DNA of 63,510 bases, counting the filler, from Octopus bimaculoides (Eukaryota), in assembly GCF_001194135.2 (NCBI RefSeq). It is 5 parts of 4 records of this genome, joined end to end, with 100 filler letters (N's around TTAATTAATTAA, not from the genome) between each part and the next. Parts side by side here need not be neighbours in the genome. Positions count along the whole stretch, not along the records: positions 1 to 30,153 come from NC_069000.1; 4 more parts are not named here. One strand, 5' to 3'. Under the pieces are notes generated by a model that saw only the letters and a list, made by a program, of their open reading frames with translations, was not told the DNA's origin and made no database searches. The translations under genes were made by a program, and so were the position numbers. Below are positions 1 through 12,886 of the stretch, piece by piece. Every line of letters starts with the position of its first letter. The first letter of the stretch is position 1.

Positions 1-29
1 TATTGTTATTATTATTATTATTATTATCA

Positions 30-63
<34 letters not shown>

Positions 64-102
64 CATTATTATTATCATTACTACTATTATTATTATTATT
101 GG

Positions 103-151
<49 letters not shown>

Positions 152-156
152 ATCAT
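1..156. repeat. (ATT)n/(ATC)/(GTT)n trinucleotide microsatellite
   Basis: Direct reading; explains the poly-Leu ORF 3..449. Confidence 0.97.
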
Positions 157-159
157 TAA

Positions 160-275
160 GGCGGCGAGATCGCAGAATCGTTAGCACACCGGGCGAAATA
201 CTAAGTAGGATTTCGTCTGTCTTTCACGTTCTGAGTTCAAATGCCGGCGAGGTCGACTTTGCCTTTCATTCTTTC
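160..275 (+). mobile_element. tRNA-derived SINE fragment (family A, head GGCGGCGAG.TGGCAGAA...GAGTTCAAAT.CCG.CGAGGTCGACTTTGCC)
   Basis: A-box-like and B-box-like (GAGTTCAAAT) motifs; related copies at 8805-9012, 18100-18285, 32407-33045 and 58710-59035. Confidence 0.85.
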
Positions 276-282
276 ATTGTGT

Positions 283-371
283 CTTACTCCAAAACACAAT
301 ACACAGCCCGGTCGGGGGATCGAACTGATGATTGGGAGCCCAACGCTGTAATAACCGAGTCACGCGCCTTC
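283..371 (-). mobile_element. tRNA-derived SINE head fragment (family C)
   Basis: Reverse complement GAAGGCGCGTGACTCGG...AGTTCGATCCCCGACCGGG resembles the heads of the SINEs at 14490 and 62025. Confidence 0.7.
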
Positions 372-374
372 TTA

Positions 375-417
<43 letters not shown>

Positions 418-961
418 ATGCACACACTAACACAGACTCATATATATAAGTACATGTATATATTACTGCTTCCTGTAATCTGTTGTACATGTTTGGTTGC
501 TCCTTTGCAAATGTCTGTACATATCATAAATTGCATCTGTGTGCCAGTTTCAGTGTCATATTATAGGAACAACTTATAACTTAAGGGTAAATCTTGTATT
601 TCTGCTATGGTATTTAGGTCTGGAAAGCTATTGCCGTATACAGATCTACATATAATATAGTGCCATACAAATATAATATGCACATATATTTACACATAGT
701 GTCATCGAACACACACGTGCACACACGTGCACACACTCACACGCACACATACACACGCGCGCGCATGCACACACACACACACTGATATATACATATATTT
801 TGTAGGTGCATTTTCTGTCACTATATGAAGTGTCTACGGGAGTTGTCAAATGACAGCTGGAAATGTAGAATAAAAAGGAATGGAAGAAACGACAGGAAAA
901 GGTGATTGGCCTTATTAGAATGAGCGATGGATGGTGTAAGAATGTATAAATATATAACTAC

Positions 962-1001
<40 letters not shown>

Positions 1002-1034
1002 NNNNNNNNNNATGTGTATGTATATATATATATA

Positions 1035-1845
1035 CTAGCTGACGTACCCGGTAATTCCCGGGAAAGCGGGGCTTATCCCTTGGTTCCGTTCTCATAATTG
1101 TTTTGCCAATCCAATAACAACACTACAAAGTATCTATCCCTTTAAAAGGTTTTTGTGTATTTACAGAGGATACCGAACTGTCTTAGGAATTCCCAATAAG
1201 TTATGAATACCCAAATTGTGAAGTGATTTATGTGATAACATGAAATTAGTTACCCGATAGTAAAAATTCAAATAAAGTATTCCCGGAAAGGGCTTTAAAT
1301 CGTTCCCTGTGTATATAGAACATAGGAGGAAATAATAATAAGGTATGTATACTAAAATCGGGAAGCATGTTACATAATAACAGGCTGATCAGATATAAGA
1401 TAATTACAATTCAAAGCAAATAACTCTGAAAATGGCTTTTGTGCGGTCCCAGAGTATATTACCCTCAACAGTGCTAGTGTTGGTATATTCGTGAATAAAT
1501 CACTAACCGACATAAGTGGATCTATTGTTTAGGAAAATACTATTTACTTGTTTAAGGGTTGTACTGGATAAATTGCGAAAATAACTCTAACAGTTCAAAT
1601 ACTAAGAAATAAACATACTCAATTTCATTTATACGAAATAATTTAGGAAAATGAATGGGTTATTTCCCTTGGTTCTCAGAATGAAATATATTAGATGTAT
1701 ATAACGATCCATTCCAGGGGCCTGTTATCGATGTTTTTTCAACAATCTGAGTATTCCATGGGTTTTCTAGACGTGAGGTGTAGTCACGTGTCAGGTTTCA
1801 TCAAAATTGATAAAACGATGTAGGAGGAGAAGGTACCTAACCACT
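1035..1845 (-). mobile_element. Non-autonomous Helitron-like element, 3' terminus at 1035
   Basis: Minus strand ends CCCGG-GAATTA-CCGGG hairpin + TACGTCAG + CTAG|T. The terminus matches 23/29 nt of the terminus at 48459-48487. The 5' end is lost in a gap. Confidence 0.7.
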
Positions 1846-2462
1846 NNNNNNNNNNNNNNNNNNNNNNNNNNNNNNNNNNNNNNNNNNNNNNNNNNNNNNN
1901 NNNNNNNNNNNNNNNNNNNNNNNNNNNNNNNNNNNNNNNNNNNNNNNNNNNNNNNNNNNNNNNNNNNNNNNNNNNNNNNNNNNNNNNNNNNNNNNNNNNN
2001 NNNNNNNNNNNNNNNNNNNNNNNNNNNNNNNNNNNNNNNNNNNNNNNNNNNNNNNNNNNNNNNNNNNNNNNNNNNNNNNNNNNNNNNNNNNNNNNNNNNN
2101 NNNNNNNNNNNNNNNNNNNNNNNNNNNNNNNNNNNNNNNNNNNNNNNNNNNNNNNNNNNNNNNNNNNNNNNNNNNNNNNNNNNNNNNNNNNNNNNNNNNN
2201 NNNNNNNNNNNNNNNNNNNNNNNNNNNNNNNNNNNNNNNNNNNNNNNNNNNNNNNNNNNNNNNNNNNNNNNNNNNNNNNNNNNNNNNNNNNNNNNNNNNN
2301 NNNNNNNNNNNNNNNNNNNNNNNNNNNNNNNNNNNNNNNNNNNNNNNNNNNNNNNNNNNNNNNNNNNNNNNNNNNNNNNNNNNNNNNNNNNNNNNNNNNN
2401 NNNNNNNNNNNNNNNNNNNNNNNNNNNNNNNNNNNNNNNNNNNNNNNNNNNNNNNNNNNNNN

Positions 2463-2739
2463 TGGCCCACTCTAGCAAAGAGTTGTTATTGTTGGAGATA
2501 TACCAGGGTGTATGAGGTTGGTCCGGCATTTTTTGAAGAAGTTTGTCCAATGAACTTTTGAATTTTATGGGATTCGTTTCCGCTTTTACGTATTTTGGTA
2601 TGGAATTAAAGAGAGTTGAACCGGTTGAGATTAAGCAGTTGTGGCGTTTTGTTGTTACATACCCTGAGTTCGATTTTTGAAGTAGACGGATAGCACGGCT
2701 GCTAAGTCTTGGGTGGATTTTAAAATTGATGCCTTTCAT
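2463..2739 (-). pseudogene. CR1/L2-group LINE ORF2 C-terminal remnant
   Basis: GSTLFNSIPKYVK...FKSSLDKLLQKMPDQP matches the GPxLFNxLP...FKxxLDxFL..IPDQP C-terminus typical of CR1-group LINEs. Confidence 0.75.
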
Positions 2740-3370
2740 ATCTATCTGTTAATCTATCTACCTCTCTCCATATATGTGCGTGTGTGTGTGTGTGGGGGGG
2801 TGTATGTGTGTGTTCCGAGTGTTTTTATTTGTTCATGCGCAACTAAAAGCAACTGTTTGTTATAATCTTATTATTTATATTACCTAACTTACCTGTTTCG
2901 CAAATAGAAGCTGATAATGTGTTGTCAGAATGAAATATCTACTTCGTTGATATGATAGTCAGAAACCTTGACGGCAAGGCCCTAATATGGCAGTGGTTCA
3001 TATATTGTAAATAAAATCATTCATATAAATACCAACCGGCACACATACAAATAAAGCGAGTGTGTGTACACAGCAACCAAATTTGAATGACGGAGAAGTA
3101 TCTCTTATTAGCTGTAATCATTCAATTACAAACGCACACAGGGGCGCGCACACTTATAGTTGAAGATCTCCAACCAGTCAGATTATTTATGTTATTGATA
3201 TCTGCTAGAGCACAGAACTAGTCAATGTGAACCAAGCAACATTATTGTTTTCCATATATTTTGTATACATTTTTATTTACTGTTGCTTTTTTAATGCCAT
3301 GTTCTTTGTTTATTTCTTTTCATTTTTTGCATTTGGTCGACTTTTATATCATCTAGGAAATAAAAACGTT

Positions 3371-4364
3371 TAAAGTTAGCCGTTGATGGATAAATGTGTG
3401 ACACTGCTATATTCTAGATTTCCAGTATGCGCATTGGGAATATTTATGATTGTAAGAGCAAAATCGTTTGAAAAGAAATGCAGAATAAGAGACAATGAAT
3501 GAATGAAGTAAATAGAGTAAATTAATACTTGTGTATGGTGCGTCTTTATTCGTTTCGTGTTTTCGTTGGTGATTCTAAATATACTGTATGTGAAAGCATA
3601 GGATATTATATGTCTGTTATCGCTGGCAAGTTTGAACTGTCGAGTGTGTCTGCGTATTAGTATTTTGAGTGGACGGTATATTTCAGATGTCGGCTATGAA
3701 AAGGTGGCGAAAACTGTATATTAAAATATAGGAATACCAACAATAGAAACATAAGAGATCTCACAAAAGTGACTACAATAAATATACAACTGATGTTGTC
3801 GTTGCTGCTGTTATTGTTCTGGTGGCGGGTACTATTGTATTTGTATCACACATGGTAGAATTGTCTGTGGCAATGTTGTATGCCTAGTTTTAGGGTTATA
3901 GTTCCAACGAGAATACAGCGCTCCTCGTAGTTTTAATAAAACATTGAAACTATGTTTATCGCTAGGTGATTAAATGACCAAACACGCACGTGGTCAAAGG
4001 TGGTCTAGATAAGACCATGACTTCGAGTTGCAGAACAGGACCTGCATCCCTACATATATTCTCGATATTTCAATGGTTAAATAAATCTTATCATATTATA
4101 TTTCTCTCGTTATTTATAACTTTATATATGTATATATATATATATATATNNNNNNNNNNNNNNNNNNNNNNNNNNNNNNNNNNNNNNNNNNNNNNNNNNN
4201 NNNNNNNNNNNNNNNNGTAAAAGACAGACAATTGGAAAGCTTCAATCCAATATTTATATGTTATCAGTTATAGCTTTATATGTACTTCGAGAATCAATTC
4301 CAGAAAAAAATATTCTACGTTTCTCGGAAGTCTATAAAGCATTATGACACCGACAATATATACA

Positions 4365-4407
<43 letters not shown>

Positions 4408-4937
4408 GTGTGTGAAACTGATAGAATACAATATAAAGTAGAGAATAGAAGAATAAATTGAAATGAAACTTTTCTTATCGTTGAAACTTTCTGGTCGATG
4501 TTCGCCTTTCCTTCACCTCCTTCCACTACTCTCACCACCACCACCTCCATATTGTCATGAATGAAAGGGAAAATGTCTATAAATATGATGGCCTGAAAGT
4601 CGAGAGCGCCAAGATGTGACAGCTGCGTGAGTCAAACATAAGTTTGGTTGTTCCTGTTGTCACCGGAGCATTGGGTTCAATAACACCCAACCTAAAGAAA
4701 CAAGTGGAAACTTTACTTGGAACTGTACGCATACGCATGAAGTACTGTCTGACTGATATCGTTTTGATAAAGTTAGCCGTTGATGGATAAATGTGTGACA
4801 CTGCTATGTTCTAGATTTCCAGTTTGCGCAGTGGGAATATTTATGATTGCAAGAGCAAAATCGTTTCAAAAGAAATGCAGAATAAGAGACAATGAATGAA
4901 TGAAGCAAATAGAGTAAATTAATACTTGTGTATGGTG
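3371..4937 (+). repeat. 170-bp direct repeat pair (3371-3540 and 4768-4937)
   Basis: Aligned by eye: 6 substitutions in 170 nt, no indels. Confidence 0.93.
4557..4752 (+). pseudogene. R4/Dong-like (RLE) LINE C-terminal remnant
   Basis: Frame from 4557 reads MNERENVYKYDGLKVESAKM*QLRESNISLVVPVVTGALGSITPNLKKQVETLLGTVRIRMKYCL. This fits the EKxxKY..L...W....VVPVVIGALG...LLGTxRI end of restriction-like-endonuclease LINEs. Confidence 0.75.
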
Positions 4938-5792
4938 ACAAACAGCACAAATCCCCGGCACGTTCAATATATTTAATCAACACCATCACAATACTGGATA
5001 CTATGCGACGTCTTCAATAGTAATAATGATAATAATTTGGAGAAAATACAGTTGCCGAAAGTAAAATGTATATCGGACCGCGAATCTCGTAAAGAAGAAG
5101 CAAGCTTTCTATAACCACTGAGATGTGCGTGCGTCGACATCAACAATATTTTCTTGTGTAGCCAATGGCTATGGCGCTGCGCAATAAAAACTTGTGTTGA
5201 CATCTGTTGCATGGACGTCATTCAAAGAAGAGTTACTAAGTGCGGCTGCCAGTCACCTGTTGCAATGCAGTCAGTAAAGTATGTGAAATTGAAAAACATG
5301 GTCTTATTGGATTTACACATATCTCTACTTTCAGAGAAAACTGATATCGCGGTTTGTGTGTGTGTGCTTGCGCGCGTGTGCGTCTGTGTATGTGTGCAAT
5401 ATATATATATATATATATATATATATNNNNNNNNNNNNNNNNNNNNNNNNNNNNNNNNNNNNNNNNNNNNNNNNNNNNNNNNNNNNNNNNNNNNNNNNNN
5501 NNNNNNNNNNNNNNNNNNNNNNNNNNNNNNNNNNNNNNNNNNNNNNNNNNNNNNNNNNNNNNNNNNNNNNNNNNNNNNNNNNNNNNNNNNNNNNNNNNNN
5601 NNNNNNNNNNNNNNNNNNNNNNNNNNNNNNNNNNNNNNNNNNNNNNNNNNNNNNNNNNNNNNNNNNNNNNNNNNNNNNNNNNNNNNNNNNNNNNNNNNNN
5701 NNNNNTGTGTGTGTGTGTATATACACACATATATGTTTGGGTGTGTGTGTAGGTTTGGTGACACATACAACAAAATGGAACACAAAACATGA

Positions 5793-5875
<83 letters not shown>

Positions 5876-6947
5876 TATTTGTTTTGATATTTAATCGGTA
5901 GGCGTGACCGAGTGTTTCAACAATCCTTTGATAAGTGGCATTGTACAAAGCCACTCACTCCTGAGGTACTTTGTAACGTCTGCCTATTAAATATTACGTA
6001 TATAATATATGGATATATATCCATGTGCGCGTATGTGTGTGTGCGTGTGTGTGTGTGTGTGCTCGCGCGGGCGTATGTATGTGTGTGTCTGTTTCTGCGT
6101 ATACGTACGAATGATAAATATTTTTCACACATACATTCATACACAGGTTTGTTGTATTTTGTAGTTGTAGCTTCATTGATGTGCTTGTCGTTGGCGCTTT
6201 AATGGGAGGGCTAAGCGGGTGTGAAGCTGGTGGGTTCTGGCGGTGTTTGTGTACTGCTGTGTGTTGTACTGCTTGTAACAATACTGTATGCGTAGTACTT
6301 TTGTGGTTATGATTGCGACAGGAATATTGACATAACAATGATTTGAGAAAACTATGATTTTATTGTTGCTGGTGTTTGCCAAGTGAGCATTGACCAGGCA
6401 CCCGTGTGTTCAAGGCGTTTCAGATACGACCATAACTTTTATTTGTGGATCAGGCCGTCATTATTTAATATATTCATCTATTTAACGCTGCAGCCTTTTA
6501 CGGACTGTTATTATATTTTATACGTGTTGTCAGGATTGTAGTTTCGGAGTAGCGCTGACGATTATTGTGGTGGTGGTGGTGGCGGTGACGATAACGAATA
6601 CGACTTTACATTGAAAGCTAAATATTAATGATGACACTGGTTCAAACAGAAATAAAAATAAATACATGAACATCATATTTATCTGTCACTCCGTATATCT
6701 TGTCTGTGTGTGTGTGTGTGTGTGTGTGTGCGAATGTATGTATGTATGCATGTATGCATGTATGTATGTATGTATGTACGCATGTTTGTATGCGTGTGTA
6801 TGTATATGTACATCCATACATAGAAACACACGCACACATACACACACACGCATACACATACACACACACACACATATATATATGCATATGCATACATATA
6901 TGTGCACTCACACACATATATATATATATAATATATTAATTATATAC

Positions 6948-6998
<51 letters not shown>

Positions 6999-7592
6999 TT
7001 ATATATATNNNNNNNNNNNNNNNNNNNNNNNNNNNNNNNNNNNNNNNNNNNNNNNNNNNNNNNNNNNNNNNNNNNNNNNNNNNNNNNNNNNNNNNNNNNN
7101 NNNNNNNNNNNNNNNNNNNNNNNNNNNNNNNNATATATATATATATATATATATATACACGTACTCACACATTCACAGAGATACATACTTGCATGCACAC
7201 GCGCATATGCACGCGCAGGCTTGCAGAACTTTATCCACATGACTAACATAGCAGAATGGAGTAGTGGAAAGGAAAAATTCTTGGAGGAGTAACTACAGTG
7301 ACAAGATTTCAGTCCCGGGAGAATGTTTCCATTTCGTTCTTACGATCTTGAGTCCGACTTATTTTGATTGATGTGTTACAGTGTCACGAGAAGTGACACG
7401 AAATTCCGCATAGAAACCACGTATCGACTACAATCAATTGAACACTCTCCTGAAACTTTAATGGTTGGTGAGCCATTGTTTATGTATTTATGTCCTTATT
7501 TACATATTTAAATATTTATTTATTTATACAATTATTGATCTCAAAGGATTGGATATCAAAGCGTGGAGCCACTGTACTGTGAAATGAATGTA

Positions 7593-7619
7593 CTGCTGCT
7601 GCTGTTGTTGCTGCTGCTG

Positions 7620-7685
<66 letters not shown>

Positions 7686-7722
7686 GAGCCACAAATTAAA
7701 CAACAACAACAACAACAACAAC

Positions 7723-7784
<62 letters not shown>

Positions 7785-7791
7785 TAATAAT
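7593..7791. repeat. Compound (CTG)n(CTA)n...(CAA)n(TAA)n microsatellite
   Basis: Direct reading. Confidence 0.95.
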
Positions 7792-8574
7792 AGATCATGA
7801 CAACGATTTCACTACAATTATATGGTATAGGCCTTAACAAACTGGCAATAATCTCAAGGTAAACCGTCCAGATATAAACAAGTAATGGAATGAAAATATT
7901 CGTTTTTCTGAACGAAACCATTATCAGAAAAATAAGGTGGAGATTCATTCAAATTACAAGAATCTTGAAATTGAAATAGAAAGGAAACGGGATATGAAAA
8001 TATAAAACAAATTAAGATTGTAACGATGCTAGTAATTATGTAATTGTAATAAAAATATTTGTGGGGAAACACGCAAGCCATACCATGCCCCTCATTGTTA
8101 CACATTTGTTAATATGTTGCGCTGGTAGTTACAGCTCGCATCCCAAGTAGAGAAATTTTAATTCAATAGAACGGGGTCATAAAGTACAATTTTTTCGCAC
8201 GACAAATACCCTATGCAAAAACGAATCTTAAAATAACATTTACAAATACCTTATATGGTTAAAATCCGGTATATCGATACAAACTATTACATTACCAATT
8301 ACCGACATTATTGCATAAACAACTCCTACAAGCCATATTCTATACTCGCCCAAACCGTTAAGGTTGCAAAAAACACAAACCACATACTATCGTCCGCCAC
8401 TGTAGTATATAGCCCCAGTCACACAGCTCATACAGAATACATACACACATTCACAATATGATACTTTACACAGCAGAAGATGCACTCAAATAACAGCTAA
8501 ATAACATAACACACATTGCAAAAACTTAAAACAGAAAGCGAAACACTACATCAGAAAGAATAACCGAAATGCCT

Positions 8575-8690
8575 CAGCATGTGTGACACCTTGGGCAAGT
8601 TTCTGCTACTACAGTCCCTTCCAAACCAATGCCTTTGTCAGTGAATTTAATTGACAGAAACTGTGCAGAAGTGCGTTATAAATGCGTGTG
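8575..8690 (+). mobile_element. Degenerate SINE family B internal fragment
   Basis: CACCTTGGGCAAG...ACCAATGCCTTTGTCAGTGAATT...GAAACTG resembles the reverse complement of 28690-28790. Confidence 0.6.
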
Positions 8691-8804
8691 TGTGAGTGAG
8701 TGTATATAGGTGTGAAAATATGTGCATGTGCAGTTGCACACGCACACCTTACATGGCGTGACTCTGTATTATCTTTCGTCTACAAAAATCCACTCTCAAA
8801 GTAC

Positions 8805-9012
8805 TGATTTCAAATTTTGGCACAAGGCCAGCAATTTTGGAGCAGGGGATATGTCACTTGCATCGATCCCGACACTAAACTGGTACTTACTTTATCGACC
8901 TCGAAAGGATGAAAGGCAAAGTGGACTAAGGCGAAATTTAAACTCAGAACGTAGAGGCGGAAGAAATGCTGCTAAACATTTTGTCCATGCTAACGATCCT
9001 GCCAGTTCACCG
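8805..9012 (-). mobile_element. SINE family A copy
   Basis: CTGGTACTT..TTTATCGAC..CGAAAGGATGAAAGGCAAAGT...AACTCAGAACGTA is the reverse complement of the family A core. Confidence 0.85.
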
Positions 9013-11864
9013 CTGTCCCACTGTCAAGATATTGGCAAATCCGATGCACTACTAGAAATATCTACCTAGCATGTCACGCTGCAATGGTGTGTCCGACCGT
9101 GACCATTTGGTTTTAATGCATACTTCATAACCACACTCTTATACCTTCATTCTGGCGCCAATCCCGACTACTCACAGCAATGGCATCAAATTTAGATTGT
9201 TTTATCATGTCATATACGTATCCATTTTTTTGATAAATATCTCTCATACCCACTCATAAATATATAGACATATTCAGTGTCCCTCATAGCCAATACTCTC
9301 AAGTATCCATGTCTCTCAAACCCAATTATCTATCTCTGTTTTGCACTTAGGCTGACATTCTCCAAAGGTATAAACGTTTATGTTTCGAATACATTTCCTA
9401 ATAGCTGCCACATATATAATATTGGTGTTGTTCAGAAAAAATCCTATGTAGAAACGTCCACGATACAAGAACACACCTTCATTAAAGTTAAACGGTTTTA
9501 GAAAGCTATTTTTATCATCCGTCTTAAACTCATTTTGACATGTTTGTGCTTATCTGTATTTTGAAATATTTTTCTTTCAATATTAATAATTACTACAACA
9601 AATCATCTAAACAAGGAATCAGATAGTTTTTTTATGGTAAAATAATATCCCTAGCTCTCTCGTCATCATTTCTGCCAGAAATTATGTACGAATTATACTA
9701 ACTCAGTTTTAACACATTCTTTTAATGCGGTCCTGTTTGAGAATTTTACTTTTACCTATTTACACTTGTTATATCAATTATGCTTTAAACAAATGCTATT
9801 TTATATTATTTTGAATTTTATATTCTATTGTTTTTGTAGCAAAGTTTATTATCAACGTGTTTATGACATTTCAATATCCAATATGTCTAACGAATATAGC
9901 ATTATTTTTCTGAAAATTGTTTTGAAATATTTCATATTTTCTGATTTGGTATTTGTTATTTCTGCATGTCCGTGTTTCTTTACAAATATTATCAAATAGA
10001 AAATCGTTGTTATCTCTTAACATTCAATCTTCATTTCTTTATTGAAATGCTCCAGCCATCTTGTTTCTGAACAGCTATTTAATAATAACTTTTTGAAATT
10101 AAAATGTTAGCTCTTCTTCAAACATGTCCCTCTTTCGTTTGTTTATCATTTCATGGATAACAAAGCAACATCTGTTACACAAATACTGTTACAACTCTCA
10201 TAAATCAAGAATATTAATAAACGCGACATGTGATTTTATAAGCGGTATGGCTTTAATGTTTCTTCTTATCTCACCAGCCACTGAAAGTATATCCTGTTGT
10301 ACAGATATATGAAATATTCATGAGAGGCTACTGACAAGGGAAGAGTCGACGTACAAGAAACAACAGCCAAATATACCGTTTAAATCACCATTTATTATCT
10401 CGAAGAAAGGAAAGGATACATCGAACTATGTAGTAACTGATCCATTGTTCTGCAAAAAGAAGTTAGTGATCATAGGTTTATGTGCAACTCCTACACTATT
10501 ACGACTTATCAGCAGTTTGTCGTTGGAATCTAAATTAGATCCAGCTAACCACTAGTTCTCATCTTGCTTTTTGTTTCTTGATCCGTTCAGATATTGTCTT
10601 CGGTTATCAAATTTTCTTAGAGGACGGTAGGGTTCCTCCAGGACAATTTAGCTGGTTTTTTTTTTGTAGCCCTGGTGTAGACTTAGGGCTTTTATTATCA
10701 ACCAGCTGGCTATTGGAATCCTGTGCACTCTTCTATAGTGTTTATATAACTAATATATTTACTTCTCAAAATTTCAGCCCTCTAGCTTGTAAAAAAGGGA
10801 CTTCAGAGGCTATGGTCTAAGTCACATCTAAAATCAGCTTCCATGCTGTATCTTTATAGTGTTTCGACCATTCTCACTTCTCTGATTTCAAATCCTGTTC
10901 TGGTTAAAATTTTGTACTAAAACAAAATCAGCTAAGTTTCATAAATCTACGTAATATGATGCAAAGACGAACAAAGAAACACAGCTAAATAGCTAGACAG
11001 AGAGAGAGAGAGAAACACAGAGATATACACAGTCGAAGCAAATACTTACAATTGTATTGAAAACATCAAGTAAACATACGTAAACATACGCTGATACATG
11101 TGTAGACAGGCAAAAACATACATGCAGAAACATTTAAATTGAAGCATTGAAATACATAGATTTATATTGACATGAAAAAATTTACTGTAATATAGAAGAC
11201 TATACAGAACTATCCAGAGAAAAACAAACCTACTGAGTAATAGACAGACATAAACATGCTAGCAAAGATACACAAATGCCGGCAAGTAGATACTTTGTAG
11301 ATAAATACATTGGAGACATACGTACATACATATAAATACGTATATATATATGACATAATCTCACATAACAGCTACGCGGAAACACACAGATGCTTACAGA
11401 AACATACATACAGACATAGTGACAGATTGCAGCACATTGAGAGATATGTATGAGTATGCAAACACGTAAACTTGTATTACATGAGCGGAGAAAATTATAG
11501 ATATATAGAAAGACATAAAGGTGCGTATGGCGATATACAGATTGATAAATACAGATATATACATATGCATACAGAGACAAACATGGGCATATAGAAACTA
11601 ACGAATACTAATAAATAATTCAGTGACACAGGGATACATGTAAAGATATACAGATAGATGCATAAATGCATATATTTACAGATATCCTTACAAAGATACA
11701 AATACATTGAAGGATGTGCAAGTGTATAACAAGTGATTATGTGTATAACATAAAGACACCAATTAAAGTCTTTCGAAGATCTAGACAATCGTATAGATTT
11801 AATCGGAGTTACATATATAGAATGACACAGAGTCATTTGGAGATATTGAGTGTACAGATACATA

Positions 11865-12638
11865 GAGGCAGTTCTTAGCGTCAAACATACAGACAAAACA
11901 GACATAATGTGACAGTTCTTAGCGTCGCACGCAGAAATGCACATATACGAGGAAATAGTTAGTGTCATACATACAGACATGTGGATATGATGAGACAGTT
12001 GTCAACATCACACAAACTCACACACACACACACACACACACATGGAGAGAGGGAGAAAGAGGGAGGCAGTCCTTAGTGCCACTCACCGACACACAAATAC
12101 TTCGAGATAGTTCTTGGCATCAAAATACAGATACATTGAGACAGTCCTTGGCGTCACACACACACACGCACATACATATATNNNNNNNNNNNNNNNNNNN
12201 NNNNNNNNNNNNNNNNNNNNNNNNNNNNNNNNNNNNNNNNNNNNNNNNNNNNNNNNNNNNNNNNNNNNNNNNNNNNNNNNNNNNNNNNNNNNNNNNNNNN
12301 NNNNNNNNNNNNNNNNNNNNNNNNNNNNNNNNNNNNNNNNNNNNNNNNNNNNNNNNNNNNNNNNNNNNNNNNNNNNNNNNNNNNNNNNNNNNNNNNNNNN
12401 NNNNNNNNNNNNNNNNNNNNNNNNNNNNNNNNNNNNNNNNNNNNNNNNNNNNNNNNNNNNNNNNNNNNNNNNNNNNNNNNNNNNNNNNNNNNNNNNNNNN
12501 NNNNNNNNNNNNNNNNNNNNNNNNNNNNNNNNNNNNNNNNNNNNNNNNNNNNNNNNNAGAGAGAGAGACAGTCCTTGGCGTCCCATGCACACCACACACT
12601 CACACATACACATACACATCGAGATAGTTCTTGGTGTT
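11865..12638 (+). repeat. Degenerate minisatellite: 18-nt motif GAGRYAGTYCTTRGYGTC separated by CA-rich spacers
   Basis: Copies at 11865, 11909, 12063, 12104, 12138, 12565 and 12621. Confidence 0.85.
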
Positions 12639-12872
12639 ATACACACAGACACGGACATACATAGAGACAGATCCAAGGGTAGAAACGTTCACGTGGCAAT
12701 CAATAGACAAGGTACTCTTGATATTTGTATAAAGTCTACTTGACAATCACGTCTTGTTAAGAAATCGATGACATTTGAAGGGTATTTCAGCATCTGCGAC
12801 ATCTCCTTCAGCTTCATTTTATTGACATCGATCGGCACTTCAAGAATGGCTGTTCAAATCACATTACAAGAG

Positions 12873-12886
12873 GCGCCATCTGCTGA
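12873..12886 (-). promoter_or_regulatory. Candidate CTCF-binding motif
   Basis: Minus strand TCAGCAGATGGCGC, 13/14 match to the CCASYAGRKGGCRS consensus. Confidence 0.35.

Noticed and set aside
5115-5260. Cys-rich frame ending VTKCGC, reminiscent of a cystine-knot growth factor
   Set aside because: Cys spacing (CC to CxC only 10 aa, no CxGxC) does not fit TGF-beta or related knots, and there are no convincing splice sites.
6190-6320. Short Cys-rich ORF MGGLSGCEAGGFWRCLCTAVCC...
   Set aside because: TG-rich low-complexity sequence generates Cys/Val by composition; there is no other support.
11865-12638. CRISPR interpretation of the motif-spacer array
   Set aside because: Eukaryotic context, degenerate 18-nt repeats, low-complexity spacers of uneven length, and no cas genes.
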